A DNA stretch of 64,000 nt. It comes from Eledone cirrhosa. Taxonomy: Eukaryota. Position numbers and translations under genes: made by a program. The notes below the pieces were generated by a model. It made no database searches, had not been told where the DNA came from, and was given only the letters and a program-made list of their open reading frames with translations. The stretch covers positions 109,554,001 to 109,618,000 of the forward strand of contig OZ024744.1 of NCBI GenBank assembly GCA_964016885.1, read 5' to 3'. Shown piece by piece: positions 29,301 to 45,300 of this stretch. Position 1 is the stretch's first letter. The number at the start of each line of letters is the position of its first letter.

Positions 29301-32300
29301 AACTAGAGAAATAATATCAGACTGAACCAATACAGGGAACTAGAGAAATAATATCAGACTGAACCAATACAAGGAACTAGAGAAATAATATCAGTCTGAA
29401 TCAATACAGGGAACTAGAGAAATAATATCAGACTGAACCAATAGAGGGAACTAGAGAAATAATATCAGACTGAACCAATATAGGGAACTAGAGAAATAAT
29501 ATTAGACTGAACCAATAGAGGGAACTAGAGAAATAATATCAGACTGAACCAATAGAGGGAACCAGAGAAATAATATCAGACTGAACCAATAGAGGGAACT
29601 AGAGAAATAATATCAGACTGAACCAATAGAGGGAACTAGAGAAATAATATCAGACTGAACCAATATAGGGAACTAGAGAAATAATATTAGACTGAACCAA
29701 TACAGGGAACTAGAGAAATAATATCAGACTGAACCAATAGAGGGAACTTGAGAAATAATATCAGACTGAACCAATACAGGGAACTAGAGAAATAATATCA
29801 GACTGAACCAATAGAGGGAACTAGAGAAATAATATCAGACTGAACCAATACAGGGAACTAGAGAAATAATATCAGACTGAACCAATAGAGGGAACTAGAG
29901 AAATAATATCAGACTGAACCAATACAGGGAACTAGAGAAATAATATCACACTGAACCAATACAGGGAACTTGAGAAATAATATCAGACTGAACCAATACT
30001 GGGAACTAGAGAAATAATATCAGACTGAACCAATACAGGGAACTAGAGAAATAATATCAGACTGAACCAATACAGGGAACTAGAGAAATAATATCAGACT
30101 GAACCAATAGAGGGAACTAGAGAAATAATATCAGACTGAACCAATACAGGGAACTAGAGAAATAATATCACACTGAACCAATACAGGGAACTTGAGAAAT
30201 AATATCAGACTGAACCAATACAGGGAACTAGAGAAATAATATCAGACTGAACCAATAGAGGGGACTAGAGAAATAATATCAGACTGAACCAACAGAGGGA
30301 ACTAGAGAAATAATATCAGACTGAACCAATACAGGGAACTAGAGAAATAATATCAGACTGAACCAATAGAGGGAACTAGAGAAATAATATCAGGCTGAAC
30401 CAACAGAGGGAACTAGAGAAATAATATCAGACTGAACCAATAGAGGGAACTAGAGAAATAATATCAGACTGAACCAATACAGGGAACTAGAGAAATAATA
30501 TCAGACTGAACCAATACAGCGAACTAGAGAAATAATATCAGACTGAACCAATACAGGGAACTTGAGAAATAATATCAGACTGAACCAATACAGGGAACTT
30601 GAGAAATAATATCAGACTGAACCAACAGAGGGAACTAGAGAAATAATATCAGACTGAACCAATACAGGGAACTAGAGAAATAATATCAGACTGAACCAAT
30701 ACAGGGAACTAGAGAAATAATATCACACTGAACCAATACAGGGAACTAGAGAAATAATATCAGACTGAACCAATACAGGGAACTAGAGAAATAATATCAG
30801 ACTGAACCAATACAGGGAACTAGAGAAATAATATCAGACTGAACCAATACAGGGAACTAGAGAAATAATATCAGACTGAACCAGTAGAGGGAACTAGAGA
30901 AATAATATCAGACTGAACCAATAGAGGGAACTAGAGAAATAATATCAGACTGAACCAATACAGGGAACTAGAGAAATAATATCAGACTGAACAAATACAG
31001 GGAACTAGAGAAATAATATCAGACTGAACCAATACAGGGAACTAGAGAAATAATATCACACTGAACCAATACAGGGAACTAGAGAAATAATATCAGACTG
31101 AACCAATACAGGGAACTAGAGAAATAATATCAGACTGAACAAATACAGGGAACTAGAGAAATAATATCAGACTGAACAAATACAGGGAACTTGAGAAATA
31201 ATATCAGACTGAACCATATTGAACTAGAGAAATAATATCTGACTGAACCAACATTGAACTAGAGAAATAATATCAGACTGAACAAATACAGGGAACTAGA
31301 GAAATAATATCAGACTGAACCAATACAGGGAACTAGAGAAATATTATCAGACTGAACCAATACAGGGAACTAGAGAAATAATTTCAGACTGAACCAATAG
31401 AGGGGACTAGAGAAATAATATCAGACTGAACCAATACAGGGAACTAGAGAAAAAATATCAGACTGAACCAATACAGGGAACTAGAGAAATAATATCAGAC
31501 TGAACAAATACAGGGAACTAGAGAAATAATATCAGACTGAACCAATACAGGGAACTATAGAAATAATATCAGACTGAACCAATACAGGGAACTAGAGAAA
31601 TAATATCAGACTGAACCAATACAGGGAACTAGAGAAATAATATCAGACTGAACCAATACAGGGAACTAGAGAAATAATATCAGACTGAACAAATACAGGG
31701 AACTAGAGAAATAATATCAGACTGAACCAATACAGGGAACTAGAGAAATAATATCAGACTGAACCAATACAAGGAACTAGAGAAATAATATCAGACTGAA
31801 CCAATACAGGGAACTAGAGAAATAATATCAGACTGAACCAATACAGGGAACTAGAGAAATAATATCAGACTGAACCAATACAGGGAACTAGAGAAATAAT
31901 ATCAGACTGAACCAATACAGGGAACTAGAGAAATAATATCAGACTGAACCAATAGAGGGAACTAGAGAAATAATATCAGGCTGAACCAACAGAAGGAACT
32001 AGAGAAATAATATCAGACTGAACCAATAGAGGGAACTAGAGAAATAATATCAGACTGAACCAACAGAGGGAACTAGAGAAATAATATCAGACTGAACCAA
32101 TACAGGGAACTAGAGAAATAATATCAGACTGAACCAATACAGGGAACTAGAGAAATAATATCAGACTGAACAAATACAGGGAACTAGAGAAATAATATCA
32201 GACTGAACCAATACAAGGAACTAGAGAAATAATATCAGACTGAACCAATAGAGGGAACTAGAGAAATAATATCAGGCTGAACCAACAGAGGGAACTAGAG

Positions 32301-33290
32301 AAATAATATCAGACTGAACCAATACAGGGAACTAGAGAAATAATATCAGACTGAACCAATAGAGGGAACTAGAGAAATAATATCAGACTGAACCAATAGA
32401 GGGAACTAGAGAAATAATATCAGACTGAACCAATACAGGGAACTAGAGAAATAATATCAGACTGAACCAATACAGGGAACTAGAGAAATAATATCAGACT
32501 GAACCAATAGAGGGAACTAGAGAAATAATATCAGACTGAACCAATACAGGGAACTAGAGAAATAATATCAGACTGAACCAACAGAGGGAACTAGAGAAAT
32601 AATATCAGACTGAACCAATACAGGGAACTAGAGAAATAATATCAGACTGAACCAATACAGGGAACTAGAGAAATAATATCAGACTGAACCAACAGAGGGA
32701 ACTAGAGAAATAATATCAGACTGAACCAATAGAGGGAACTAGAGAAATAATATCAGACTGAACCAATAGAGGGAACTAGAGAAATAATATCAGACTGAAC
32801 CAATACAGTGAACTAGAGAAATAATATCAGACTGAACCAATAGAGGGAACTAGAGAAATAATATCAGACTGAACCAATAGAGGGAACTAGAGAAATAATA
32901 TCAGACTGAACCAATAGAGGGAACTAGAGAAATAATATCAGATTGCACAAATACAGGGAACTAGAGAAATAATATCAGACTGAACCAATAGAGGGAACTA
33001 GAGAAATAATATCAGACTGAACCAATAGAGGGAACTAGAGAAATAATATCAGACTGAACCAATACAGGGAACTAGAGAAATGATATCAGACTGCACAAAT
33101 ACAGGGAACTAGAGAAATAATATCAGACTGAACCAATACAGGGAACTAGAGAAATAATATCAGACTGAACCAATACAGGGAACTAGAGAAATAATATCAG
33201 ACTGAACCAATACAGGGAACTAGAGAAATAATATCAGACTGAACCAATACAGTGAACTAGAGAAATAATATCAGACTGAACCAATAGAGG
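17310..33290 (+). repeat. 10,387-bp offset duplication (281 monomers - 10 bp): ~17310-22900 vs ~27700-33290
   Basis: ACTAGTG 17398/27785, GAATTAAT 18628/29015, short doublet 20829/31216 and GATATC 22695/33082 all differ by 10387. Confidence 0.92.
20829..20897 (+). repeat. 34+35-bp short-monomer doublet (first of ten; others start at 25856, 31216, 34911, 40049, 48517, 50621, 55056, 60268, 63704)
   Basis: AATACAGGGA is replaced by ATATTGA in one monomer and AACATTGA in the next. Every inter-doublet spacing equals n x 37 - 5 (n = 136, 145, 100, 139, 229, 57, 120, 141, 93). Confidence 0.95.
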
Positions 33291-36200
33291 GAACTAGAGA
33301 AATAATATCAGACTGAACCAATAGAGGGAACTAGAGAAATAATATCAGACTGAACCAATATAGGGAACTAGAGAAATAATATTAGACTGAACCAATACAG
33401 GGAACTAGAGAAATAATATCAGACTGAACCAATAGAGGGAACTTGAGAAATAATATCAGACTGAACCAATACAGGGAACTAGAGAAATAATATCAGACTG
33501 AACCAATAGAGGGAACTAGAGAAATAATATCAGACTGAACCAATACAGGGAACTAGAGAAATAATATCAGACTGAACCAATAGAGGGAACTAGAGAAATA
33601 ATATCAGACTGAACCAATACAGGGAACTAGAGAAATAATATCACACTGAACCAATACAGGGAACTTGAGAAATAATATCAGACTGAACCAATACTGGGAA
33701 CTAGAGAAATAATATCAGACTGAACCAATACAGGGAACTAGAGAAATAATATCAGACTGAACCAATACAGGGAACTAGAGAAATAATATCAGACTGAACC
33801 AATAGAGGGAACTAGAGAAATAATATCAGACTGAACCAATACAGGGAACTAGAGAAATAATATCACACTGAACCAATACAGGGAACTTGAGAAATAATAT
33901 CAGACTGAACCAATACAGGGAACTAGAGAAATAATATCAGACTGAACCAATAGAGGGGACTAGAGAAATAATATCAGACTGAACCAACAGAGGGAACTAG
34001 AGAAATAATATCAGACTGAACCAATACAGGGAACTAGAGAAATAATATCAGACTGAACCAATAGAGGGAACTAGAGAAATAATATCAGGCTGAACCAACA
34101 GAGGGAACTAGAGAAATAATATCAGACTGAACCAATAGAGGGAACTAGAGAAATAATATCAGACTGAACCAATACAGGGAACTAGAGAAATAATATCAGA
34201 CTGAACCAATACAGCGAACTAGAGAAATAATATCAGACTGAACCAATACAGGGAACTTGAGAAATAATATCAGACTGAACCAATACAGGGAACTTGAGAA
34301 ATAATATCAGACTGAACCAACAGAGGGAACTAGAGAAATAATATCAGACTGAACCAATACAGGGAACTAGAGAAATAATATCAGACTGAACCAATACAGG
34401 GAACTAGAGAAATAATATCACACTGAACCAATACAGGGAACTAGAGAAATAATATCAGACTGAACCAATACAGGGAACTAGAGAAATAATATCAGACTGA
34501 ACCAATACAGGGAACTAGAGAAATAATATCAGACTGAACCAATACAGGGAACTAGAGAAATAATATCAGACTGAACCAGTAGAGGGAACTAGAGAAATAA
34601 TATCAGACTGAACCAATAGAGGGAACTAGAGAAATAATATCAGACTGAACCAATACAGGGAACTAGAGAAATAATATCAGACTGAACAAATACAGGGAAC
34701 TAGAGAAATAATATCAGACTGAACCAATACAGGGAACTAGAGAAATAATATCACACTGAACCAATACAGGGAACTAGAGAAATAATATCAGACTGAACCA
34801 ATACAGGGAACTAGAGAAATAATATCAGACTGAACAAATACAGGGAACTAGAGAAATAATATCAGACTGAACAAATACAGGGAACTTGAGAAATAATATC
34901 AGACTGAACCATATTGAACTAGAGAAATAATATCTGACTGAACCAACATTGAACTAGAGAAATAATATCAGACTGAACAAATACAGGGAACTAGAGAAAT
35001 AATATCAGACTGAACCAATACAGGGAACTAGAGAAATATTATCAGACTGAACCAATACAGGGAACTAGAGAAATAATTTCAGACTGAACCAATAGAGGGG
35101 ACTAGAGAAATAATATCAGACTGAACCAATACAGGGAACTAGAGAAAAAATATCAGACTGAACCAATACAGGGAACTAGAGAAATAATATCAGACTGAAC
35201 AAATACAGGGAACTAGAGAAATAATATCAGACTGAACCAATACAGGGAACTATAGAAATAATATCAGACTGAACCAATACAGGGAACTAGAGAAATAATA
35301 TCAGACTGAACCAATACAGGGAACTAGAGAAATAATATCAGACTGAACCAATACAGGGAACTAGAGAAATAATATCAGACTGAACAAATACAGGGAACTA
35401 GAGAAATAATATCAGACTGAACCAATACAGGGAACTAGAGAAATAATATCAGACTGAACCAATACAAGGAACTAGAGAAATAATATCAGACTGAACCAAT
35501 ACAGGGAACTAGAGAAATAATATCAGACTGAACCAATACAGGGAACTAGAGAAATAATATCAGACTGAACCAATACAGGGAACTAGAGAAATAATATCAG
35601 ACTGAACCAATACAGGGAACTAGAGAAATAATATCAGACTGAACCAATAGAGGGAACTAGAGAAATAATATCAGGCTGAACCAACAGAAGGAACTAGAGA
35701 AATAATATCAGACTGAACCAATAGAGGGAACTAGAGAAATAATATCAGACTGAACCAACAGAGGGAACTAGAGAAATAATATCAGACTGAACCAATACAG
35801 GGAACTAGAGAAATAATATCAGACTGAACCAATACAGGGAACTAGAGAAATAATATCAGACTGAACAAATACAGGGAACTAGAGAAATAATATCAGACTG
35901 AACCAATACAAGGAACTAGAGAAATAATATCAGACTGAACCAATAGAGGGAACTAGAGAAATAATATCAGGCTGAACCAACAGAGGGAACTAGAGAAATA
36001 ATATCAGACTGAACCAATACAGGGAACTAGAGAAATAATATCAGACTGAACCAATAGAGGGAACTAGAGAAATAATATCAGACTGAACCAATAGAGGGAA
36101 CTAGAGAAATAATATCAGACTGAACCAATACAGGGAACTAGAGAAATAATATCAGACTGAACCAATACAGGGAACTAGAGAAATAATATCAGACTGAACC

Positions 36201-36985
36201 AATAGAGGGAACTAGAGAAATAATATCAGACTGAACCAATACAGGGAACTAGAGAAATAATATCAGACTGAACCAACAGAGGGAACTAGAGAAATAATAT
36301 CAGACTGAACCAATACAGGGAACTAGAGAAATAATATCAGACTGAACCAATACAGGGAACTAGAGAAATAATATCAGACTGAACCAACAGAGGGAACTAG
36401 AGAAATAATATCAGACTGAACCAATAGAGGGAACTAGAGAAATAATATCAGACTGAACCAATAGAGGGAACTAGAGAAATAATATCAGACTGAACCAATA
36501 CAGTGAACTAGAGAAATAATATCAGACTGAACCAATAGAGGGAACTAGAGAAATAATATCAGACTGAACCAATAGAGGGAACTAGAGAAATAATATCAGA
36601 CTGAACCAATAGAGGGAACTAGAGAAATAATATCAGATTGCACAAATACAGGGAACTAGAGAAATAATATCAGACTGAACCAATAGAGGGAACTAGAGAA
36701 ATAATATCAGACTGAACCAATAGAGGGAACTAGAGAAATAATATCAGACTGAACCAATACAGGGAACTAGAGAAATGATATCAGACTGCACAAATACAGG
36801 GAACTAGAGAAATAATATCAGACTGAACCAATACAGGGAACTAGAGAAATAATATCAGACTGAACCAATACAGGGAACTAGAGAAATAATATCAGACTGA
36901 ACCAATACAGGGAACTAGAGAAATAATATCAGACTGAACCAATACAGTGAACTAGAGAAATAATATCAGACTGAACCAATAGAGG
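29590..36985 (+). repeat. 100-monomer (3695-bp) direct tandem duplication: ~29590-33290 vs ~33290-36985
   Basis: ACAGCGAAC (C at 30520/34215), doublet 31216/34911 and GATATC 33082/36777 all differ by 3695 (100x37-5). Confidence 0.92.
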
Positions 36986-39720
36986 GAACTAGAGAAATAA
37001 TATCAGACTGAACCAACAGAGGGAACTAGAGAAATAATATCAGACTGAACAATTACAGGGAACTAGAGAAATAATATCAGACTGAACCAATACAGGGAAC
37101 TAGAGAAATAATATCAGACTGAACCAACAGAGGGAACTAGAGAAATAATATCAGACTGAACCAATACAGGGAACTAGAGAAATAATATCAGACTGAACCA
37201 ATAGAGGGAACTAGAGAAATAATATCAGACTGAACCAACAGAGGGAACTAGAGAAATAATATCAGACTGAACCAATACAGGGAACTAGAGAAATAATATC
37301 AGACTGAACCAATACAGGGAACTAGAGAAATAATATCAGACTGAACAAATACAGGGAACTAGAGAAATAATATCAGACTGAACCAATACAGGGAACTAGA
37401 GAAATAATATCAGACTGAACCAATACAAGGAACTAGAGAAATAATATCAGACTGAACCAATACAGGGAACTAGAGAAATAATATCAGACTGAACCAATAC
37501 AGGGAACTAGAGAAATAATATCAGACTGAACCAATACAGGGAACTAGAGAAATAATATCAGACTGAACCAATACAGGGAACTAGAGAAATAATATCAGAC
37601 TGAACCAATAGAGGGAACTAGAGAAATAATATCAGGCTGAACCAACAGAAGGAACTAGAGAAATAATATCAGACTGAACCAATACAGGGAACTAGAGAAA
37701 TAATATCAGACTGAACCAATAGAGGGAACTAGAGAAATAATATCAGACTGAACCAACAGAGGGAACTAGAGAAATAATATCAGACTGAACCAATACAGGG
37801 AACTAGAGAAATAATATCAGACTGAACCAATACAGGGAACTAGAGAAATAATATCAGACTGAACCAATAGAGGGAACTAGAGAAATAATATCAGACTGAA
37901 CCAATACAGGGAACTAGAGAAATAATATCAGACTGAACCAATACAGGGAACTAGAGAAATAATATCAGACTGAACCAATAGAGGGAACTAGAGAAATAAC
38001 ATCAGACTGAACCAATACAGGGAACTAGAGAAATAATATCAGACTGAACCAACAGAGGGAACTAGAGAAATAATATCAGACTGAACCAATACAGGGAACT
38101 AGAGAAATAATATCAGACTGAACCAATACAGGGAACTAGAGAAATAATATCAGACTGAACCAACAGAGGGAACTAGAGAAATAATATCAGACTGAACCAA
38201 TAGAGGGAACTAGAGAAATAATATCAGACTGAACCAATAGAGGGAACTAGAGAAATAATATCAGACTGAACCAATACAGTGAACTAGAGAAATAATATCA
38301 GACTGAACCAATAGAGGGAACTAGAGAAATAATATCAGACTGAACCAATAGAGGGAACTAGAGAAATAATATCAGACTGAACCAATAGAGGGAACTAGAG
38401 AAATAATATCAGATTGCACAAATACAGGGAACTAGAGAAATAATATCAGACTGAACCAATAGAGGGAACTAGAGAAATAATATCAGACTGAACCAATAGA
38501 GGGAACTAGAGAAATAATATCAGACTGAACCAATACAGGGAACTAGAGAAATGATATCAGACTGCACAAATACAGGGAACTAGAGAAATAATATCAGACT
38601 GAACCAATACAGGGAACTAGAGAAATAATATCAGACTGAACCAATACAGGGAACTAGAGAAATAATATCAGACTGAACCAATACAGGGAACTAGAGAAAT
38701 AATATCAGACTGAACCAATACAGTGAACTAGAGAAATAATATCAGACTGAACCAATAGAGGGAACTAGAGAAATAATATCAGACTGAACCAACAGAGGGA
38801 ACTAGAGAAATAATATCAGACTGAACCAATACAGGGAACTAGAGAAATAATATCAGACTGAACCAATACAGGGAACTAGAGAAATAATATCAGACTGAAC
38901 CAATACAGTGAACTAGAGAAATAATATCAGACTGAACCAATAGAGGGAACTAGAGAAATAATATCAGACTGAACCAATACAGGGAACTAGAGAAATAATA
39001 TCAGACTGAACCAACAGAGGGAACTAGAGAAATAATATCAGACTGAACCAATACAGGGAACTAGAGAAATAATATCAGACTGAACCAATACAGGGAACTA
39101 GAGAAATAATATCAGACTGAACCAACAGAGGGAACTAGAGAAATAATATCAGACTGAACCAATAGAGGGAACTAGAGAAGTAATATCAGACTGAACCAAT
39201 AGAGGGAACTAGAGAAATAATATCAGACTGAACCAATACAGTGAACTAGAGAAATAATATCAGACTGAACCAATAGAGGGAACTAGAGAAATAATATCAG
39301 ACTGAACCAATAGAGGGAACTAGAGAAATAATATCAGACTGAACGAATAGAGGGAACTAGAGAAATAATATCAGATTGCACAAATACAGGGAACTAGAGA
39401 AATAATATCAGACTGAACCAATAGAGGGAACTAGAGAAATAATATCAGGCTGAACCAACAGAGGGAACTAGAGAAATAATATCAGACTGAACCAATAGAG
39501 GGAACTAGAGAAATAATATAAGACTGAACCAATACAGGGAACTAGAGAAATAATATCAGACTGAACCAATACAGGGAACTAGAGAAATAATATCAGACTG
39601 AACCAATACAGGGAACTTGAGAAATAATATCAGACTGAACCAATACAGGGAACTTGAGAAATAATATCAGACTGAACCAACAGAGGGAACTAGAGAAATA
39701 ATATCAGACTGAACCAATAC
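36985..39720 (+). repeat. Copy of ~22900-25640 (offset 14082 bp); a third copy lies at ~57240-59980
   Basis: AACAATTAC 22971/37053, GAAGTAAT 25098/39180/59436 and GATATC 24471/38553/58809, with ACGAATAG and ATATAAG following in each copy. Confidence 0.88.
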
Positions 39721-42329
39721 AGGGAACTAGAGAAATAATATCAGACTGAACAAATACAGGGTACTAGAGAAATAATATCAGACTGAACCAATACAGGGAA
39801 CTAGAGAAATAATATCAGACTGAACAAATACAGGGTACTAGAGAAATAATATCAGACTGAACCAATACAGGGAACTAGAGAAATAATATCACACTGAACC
39901 AATACAGGGAACTAGAGAAATAATATCAGACTGAACCAATACAGGGAACTAGAGAAATAATATCAGACTGAACAAATACAGGGTACTAGAGAAATAATAT
40001 CAGACTGAACAAATACAGGGAACTTGAGAAATAATATCAGACTGAACCATATTGAACTAGAGAAATAATATCAGACTGAACCAACATTGAACTAGAGAAA
40101 TAATATCAGACTGAACAAATACAGGGAACTAGAGAAATAATATCAGACTGAACCAATACAGGGAACTAGAGAAATATTATCAGACTGAACCAATACAGGG
40201 AACTAGAGAAATAATTTCAGACTGAACCAATAGAGGGGACTAGAGAAATAATATCAGACTGAACCAATACAGGGAACTAGAGAAAAAATATCAGACTGAA
40301 CCAATACAGGGAACTAGAGAAATAATATCAGACTGAACAAATACAGGGAACTAGAGAAATAATATCAGACTGAACCAATACAGGGAACTATAGAAATAAT
40401 ATCAGACTGAACCAATACAGGGAACTAGAGAAATAATATCAGACTGAACCAATACAGGGAACTAGAGAAATAATATCAGACTGAACCAATACAGGGAACT
40501 TGAGAAATAATATCAGACTGAACCAATAGATGGAACTAGAGAAATAATATCAGACTGAACAAATACAGGGAACTAGAGAAATAATATCAGACTGAACCAA
40601 TACAGTGAACTAGAGAAATAATATCAGACTGAACCAATACAGTGAACTAGAGAAATAATATCAGACTGAACCAATACAGGGAACTAGAGAAATAATATCA
40701 GACTGAACCAATACAGGGAACTAGAGAAATAATATCAGACTGAACCAATACAGGGAACTAGATAAATAATATCAGACTGAACCAATAGAGGGAACTAGAG
40801 AAATAATATCAGGCTGAACCAACAGAGGGAACTAGAGAAATAATATCAGACTGAACCAATACAGGGAACTAGAGAAATAATATCAGACTGAACCAATAGA
40901 GGGAACTAGAGAAATAATATCAGACTGAACCAACAGAGGGAACTAGAGAAATAATATCAGACTGAACCAATACAGGGAACTAGAGAAATAATATCAGACT
41001 GAACCAATACAGGGAACTAGAGAAATAATATCAGACTGAACCAATACAGGGAACTAGAGAAATAATATCAGACTGAACCAATAGAGGGAACTAGAGAAAT
41101 AATATCAGGCTGAGCCAACAGAAGGAACTAGAGAAATAATATCAGACTGAACCAATACAGGGAACTTGAGAAATAATATCAGACTGAACCAATACAGGGA
41201 ACTAGAGAAATAATATCAGACTGAACCAATAGAGGGAACTAGAGAAATAATATCAGGCTGAGCCAACAGAAGGAACTAGAGAAATAATATCAGACTGAAC
41301 CAATACAGGGAACTAGAGAAATAATATCAGACTGAACCAATACAGGGAACTAGAGAAATAATATCAGACTGAACCAATACAGGGAACTAGAGAAATAATA
41401 TCAGACTGAACCAATAGAGGGAACTAGAGAAATAATATCAGACTGAACCAATAGAGGGAACTAGAGAAATAATATCAGACTGAACCAACAGAGGGAACTA
41501 GAGAAATAATATCAGACTGAACCAATACAGGGAACTAGAGAAATAATATCAGGCTGAACCAACAGAGGGAACTAGAGAAATAATATCAGACTGAACCAAT
41601 ACAGGGAACTAGAGAAATAATATCAGACTGAACCAATAGAGGGAACTAGAGAAATAATATCAGACTGAACCAATACAGGGAACTAGAGAAATAATATCAG
41701 ACTGAACCAATACAGGGAACTAGAGAAATAATATCAGACTGAACCAATACAGGGAACTAGAGAAATAATATCAGACTGAACCAATAGAGGGAACTTGAGA
41801 AATAATATCAGACTGAACCAATACAGGGAACTAGAGAAATAATATCAGACTGAACCAATACAGGGAACTAGAGAAATAATATCAGACTGAACCAATACAG
41901 GGAACTAGAGAAATAATATCAGACTGAACCAATACAGGGAACTAGAGAAATAATATCAGACTGAACCAATAGAGGGAACTAGAGAAATAATATCAGGCTG
42001 AGCCAACAGAAGGAACTAGAGAAATAATATCAGACTGAACCAATACAGGGAACTAGAGAAATAATATCAGACTGAACCAATAGAGGGAACTAGAGAAATA
42101 ATATCAGACTGAACCAACAGAGGGAACTAGAGAAATAATATCAGACTGAACCAATACAGGGAACTAGAGAAATAATATCAGGCTGAACCAACAGAGGGAA
42201 CTAGAGAAATAATATCAGACTGAACCAATACAGGGAACTAGAGAAATAATATCAGACTGAACCAATAGAGGGAACTAGAGAAATAATATCAGACTGAACC
42301 AATACAGGGAACTAGAGAAATAATATCTG

Positions 42330-45300
42330 ACTGAACCAACAGAGGGAACTAGAGAAATAATATCAGACTGAACCAATACAGGGAACTAGAGAAATAATAT
42401 CAGACTGAACCAATACAGGGAACTAGAGAAATAATATCAGACTGAACCAACAGAGGGAACTAGAGAAATAATATCAGACTGAACCAATAGAGGGAACTAG
42501 AGAAATTATATCAGACTGAACCAATAGAGGGAACTAGAGAAATAATATCAGACTGAACCAATACAGTGAACTAGAGAAATAATATCAGACTGAACCAATA
42601 GAGGGAACTAGAGAAATAATATCAGACTGAACCAATAGAGGGAACTAGAGAAATAATATCAGACTGAACCAATAGAGGGAACTAGAGAAATAATATCAGA
42701 TTGCACAAATACAGGGAACTAGAGAAATAATATCAGACTGAACCAATAGAGGGAACTAGAGAAATAATATCAGACTGAGCCAATAGAGGGAACTAGAGAA
42801 ATAATATCAGACTGAACCAATACAGGGAACTAGAGAAATGATATCAGACTGCACAAATACAGGGAACTAGAGAAATAATATCAGACTGAACCAATACAGG
42901 GAACTAGAGAAATAATATCAGACTGAACCAATACAGGGAACTAGAGAAATAATATCAGACTGAACCAATACAGGGAACTAGAGAAATAATATCAGACTGA
43001 ACCAATACAGTGAACTAGAGAAATAATATCAGACTGAACCAATAGAGGGAACTAGAGAAATAATATCAGACTGAACCAACAGAGGGAACTAGAGAAATAA
43101 TATCAGACTGAACCAATACAGGGAACTAGAGAAATAATATCAGACTGAACCAATACAGGGAACTAGAGAAATAATATCAGACTGAACCAATACAGGGAAC
43201 TAGAGAAATAATATCAGACTGAACCAATACAGGGAACTAGAGAAATAATATCAGACTGAACCAATACAGTGAACTAGAGAAATAATATCAGACTGAACCA
43301 ATAGAGGGAACTAGAGAAATAATATCAGACTGAACCAATACAGGGAACTAGAGAAATAATATCAGACTGAACCAACAGAGGGAACTAGAGAAATAATATC
43401 AGACTGAACCAATACAGGGAACTAGAGAAATAATATCAGACTGAACCAATACAGGGAACTAGAGAAATAATATCAGACTGAACCAACAGAGGGAACTAGA
43501 GAAATAATATCAGACTGAACCAATAGAGGGAACTAGAGAAATAATATCAGACTGAACCAATAGAGGGAACTAGAGAAATAATATCAGACTGAACCAATAC
43601 AGTGAACTAGAGAAATAATATCAGACTGAACCAATAGAGGGAACTAGAGAAATAATATCAGACTGAACCAATAGAGGGAACTAGAGAAATAATATCAGAC
43701 TGAACCAATAGAGGGAACTAGAGAAATAATATCAGATTGCACAAATACAGGGAACTAGAGAAATAATATCAGACTGAACCAATAGAGGGAACTAGAGAAA
43801 TAATATCAGACTGAACCAATAGAGGGAACTAGAGAAATAATATCAGACTGAACCAATACAGGGAACTAGAGAAATGATATCAGACTGCACAAATACAGGG
43901 AACTAGAGAAATAATATCAGACTGAACCAATACAGGGAACTAGAGAAATAATATCAGACTGAACCAATACAGGGAACTAGAGAAATAATATCAGACTGAA
44001 CCAATACAGGGAACTAGAGAAATAATATCAGACTGAACCAATACAGGGAACTAGAGAAATAATATCAGACTGAACCAGTAGAGGGAACTAGAGAAATAAT
44101 ATCAGACTGAACCAATAGAGGGAACTAGAGAAATAATATCAGACTGAACCAATACAGGGAACTAGAGAAATAATATCAGACTGAACAAATACAGGGAACT
44201 AGAGAAATAATATCAGACTGAACCAATACAGGGAACTAGAGAAATAATATCACACTGAACCAATACAGGGAACTAGAGAAATAATATCAGACTGAACCAA
44301 TACAGGGAACTAGAGAAATAACATCAGACTGAACCAATACAGGGAACTAGAGAAATAATATCAGACTGAACAAATACAGGGAACTAGAGAAATAATATCA
44401 GACTGAACAAATACAGGGAACTAGAGAAATAATATCAGACTGAACCAATACAGGGAACTAGATAAATAATATCAGACTGAACCAATACAGGGAACTTGAG
44501 AAATAATATCAGGCTGAACCAACAGAGGGAACTAGAGAAATAATATCAGACTGAACCAATACAGGGAACTAGAGAAATAATATCAGACTGAACCAATACA
44601 GGGAACTAGAGAAATAATATCAGACTGAACCAACAGAGGGAACTAGAGAAATAATATCAGACTGAACCAATAGAGGGAACTAGAGAAATAATATCAGACT
44701 GAACCAATACAGGGAACTATAGAAATAATATCAGACTGAACCAATACAGGGAACTAGAGAAATAATATCAGACTGAACCAATAGAGGGAACTAGAGAAAT
44801 AATATCAGACTGAACCAACAGAGGGAACTAGAGAAATAATATCAGACTGAACCAATACAGGGAACTAGAGAAATAATATCAGGCTGAACCAACAGAGGGA
44901 ACTAGAGAAATAATATCAGGCTGAACCAATACAGGGAACTAGAGAAATAATATCAGACTGAACCAATAGAGGGAACTAAAGAAATAATATCAGACTGAAC
45001 CAATACAGGGAACTAGAGAAATAATATCAGACTGAACCAATAGAGGGAACTAAAGAAATAATATCAGACTGAACCAATACAGGGAACTAGAGAAATAATA
45101 TCAGACTGAACCAATACAGGGAACTAGAGAAATAATATCAGACTGAACCAATACAGGGAACTAGAGAAATAATATCAGACTGAACCAATAGAGGGAACTT
45201 GAGAAATAATATCAGACTGAACCAATACAGGGAACTAGAGAAATAATATCAGACTGAACCAATACAGGGAACTAGAGAAATAATATCAGACTGAACCAAT

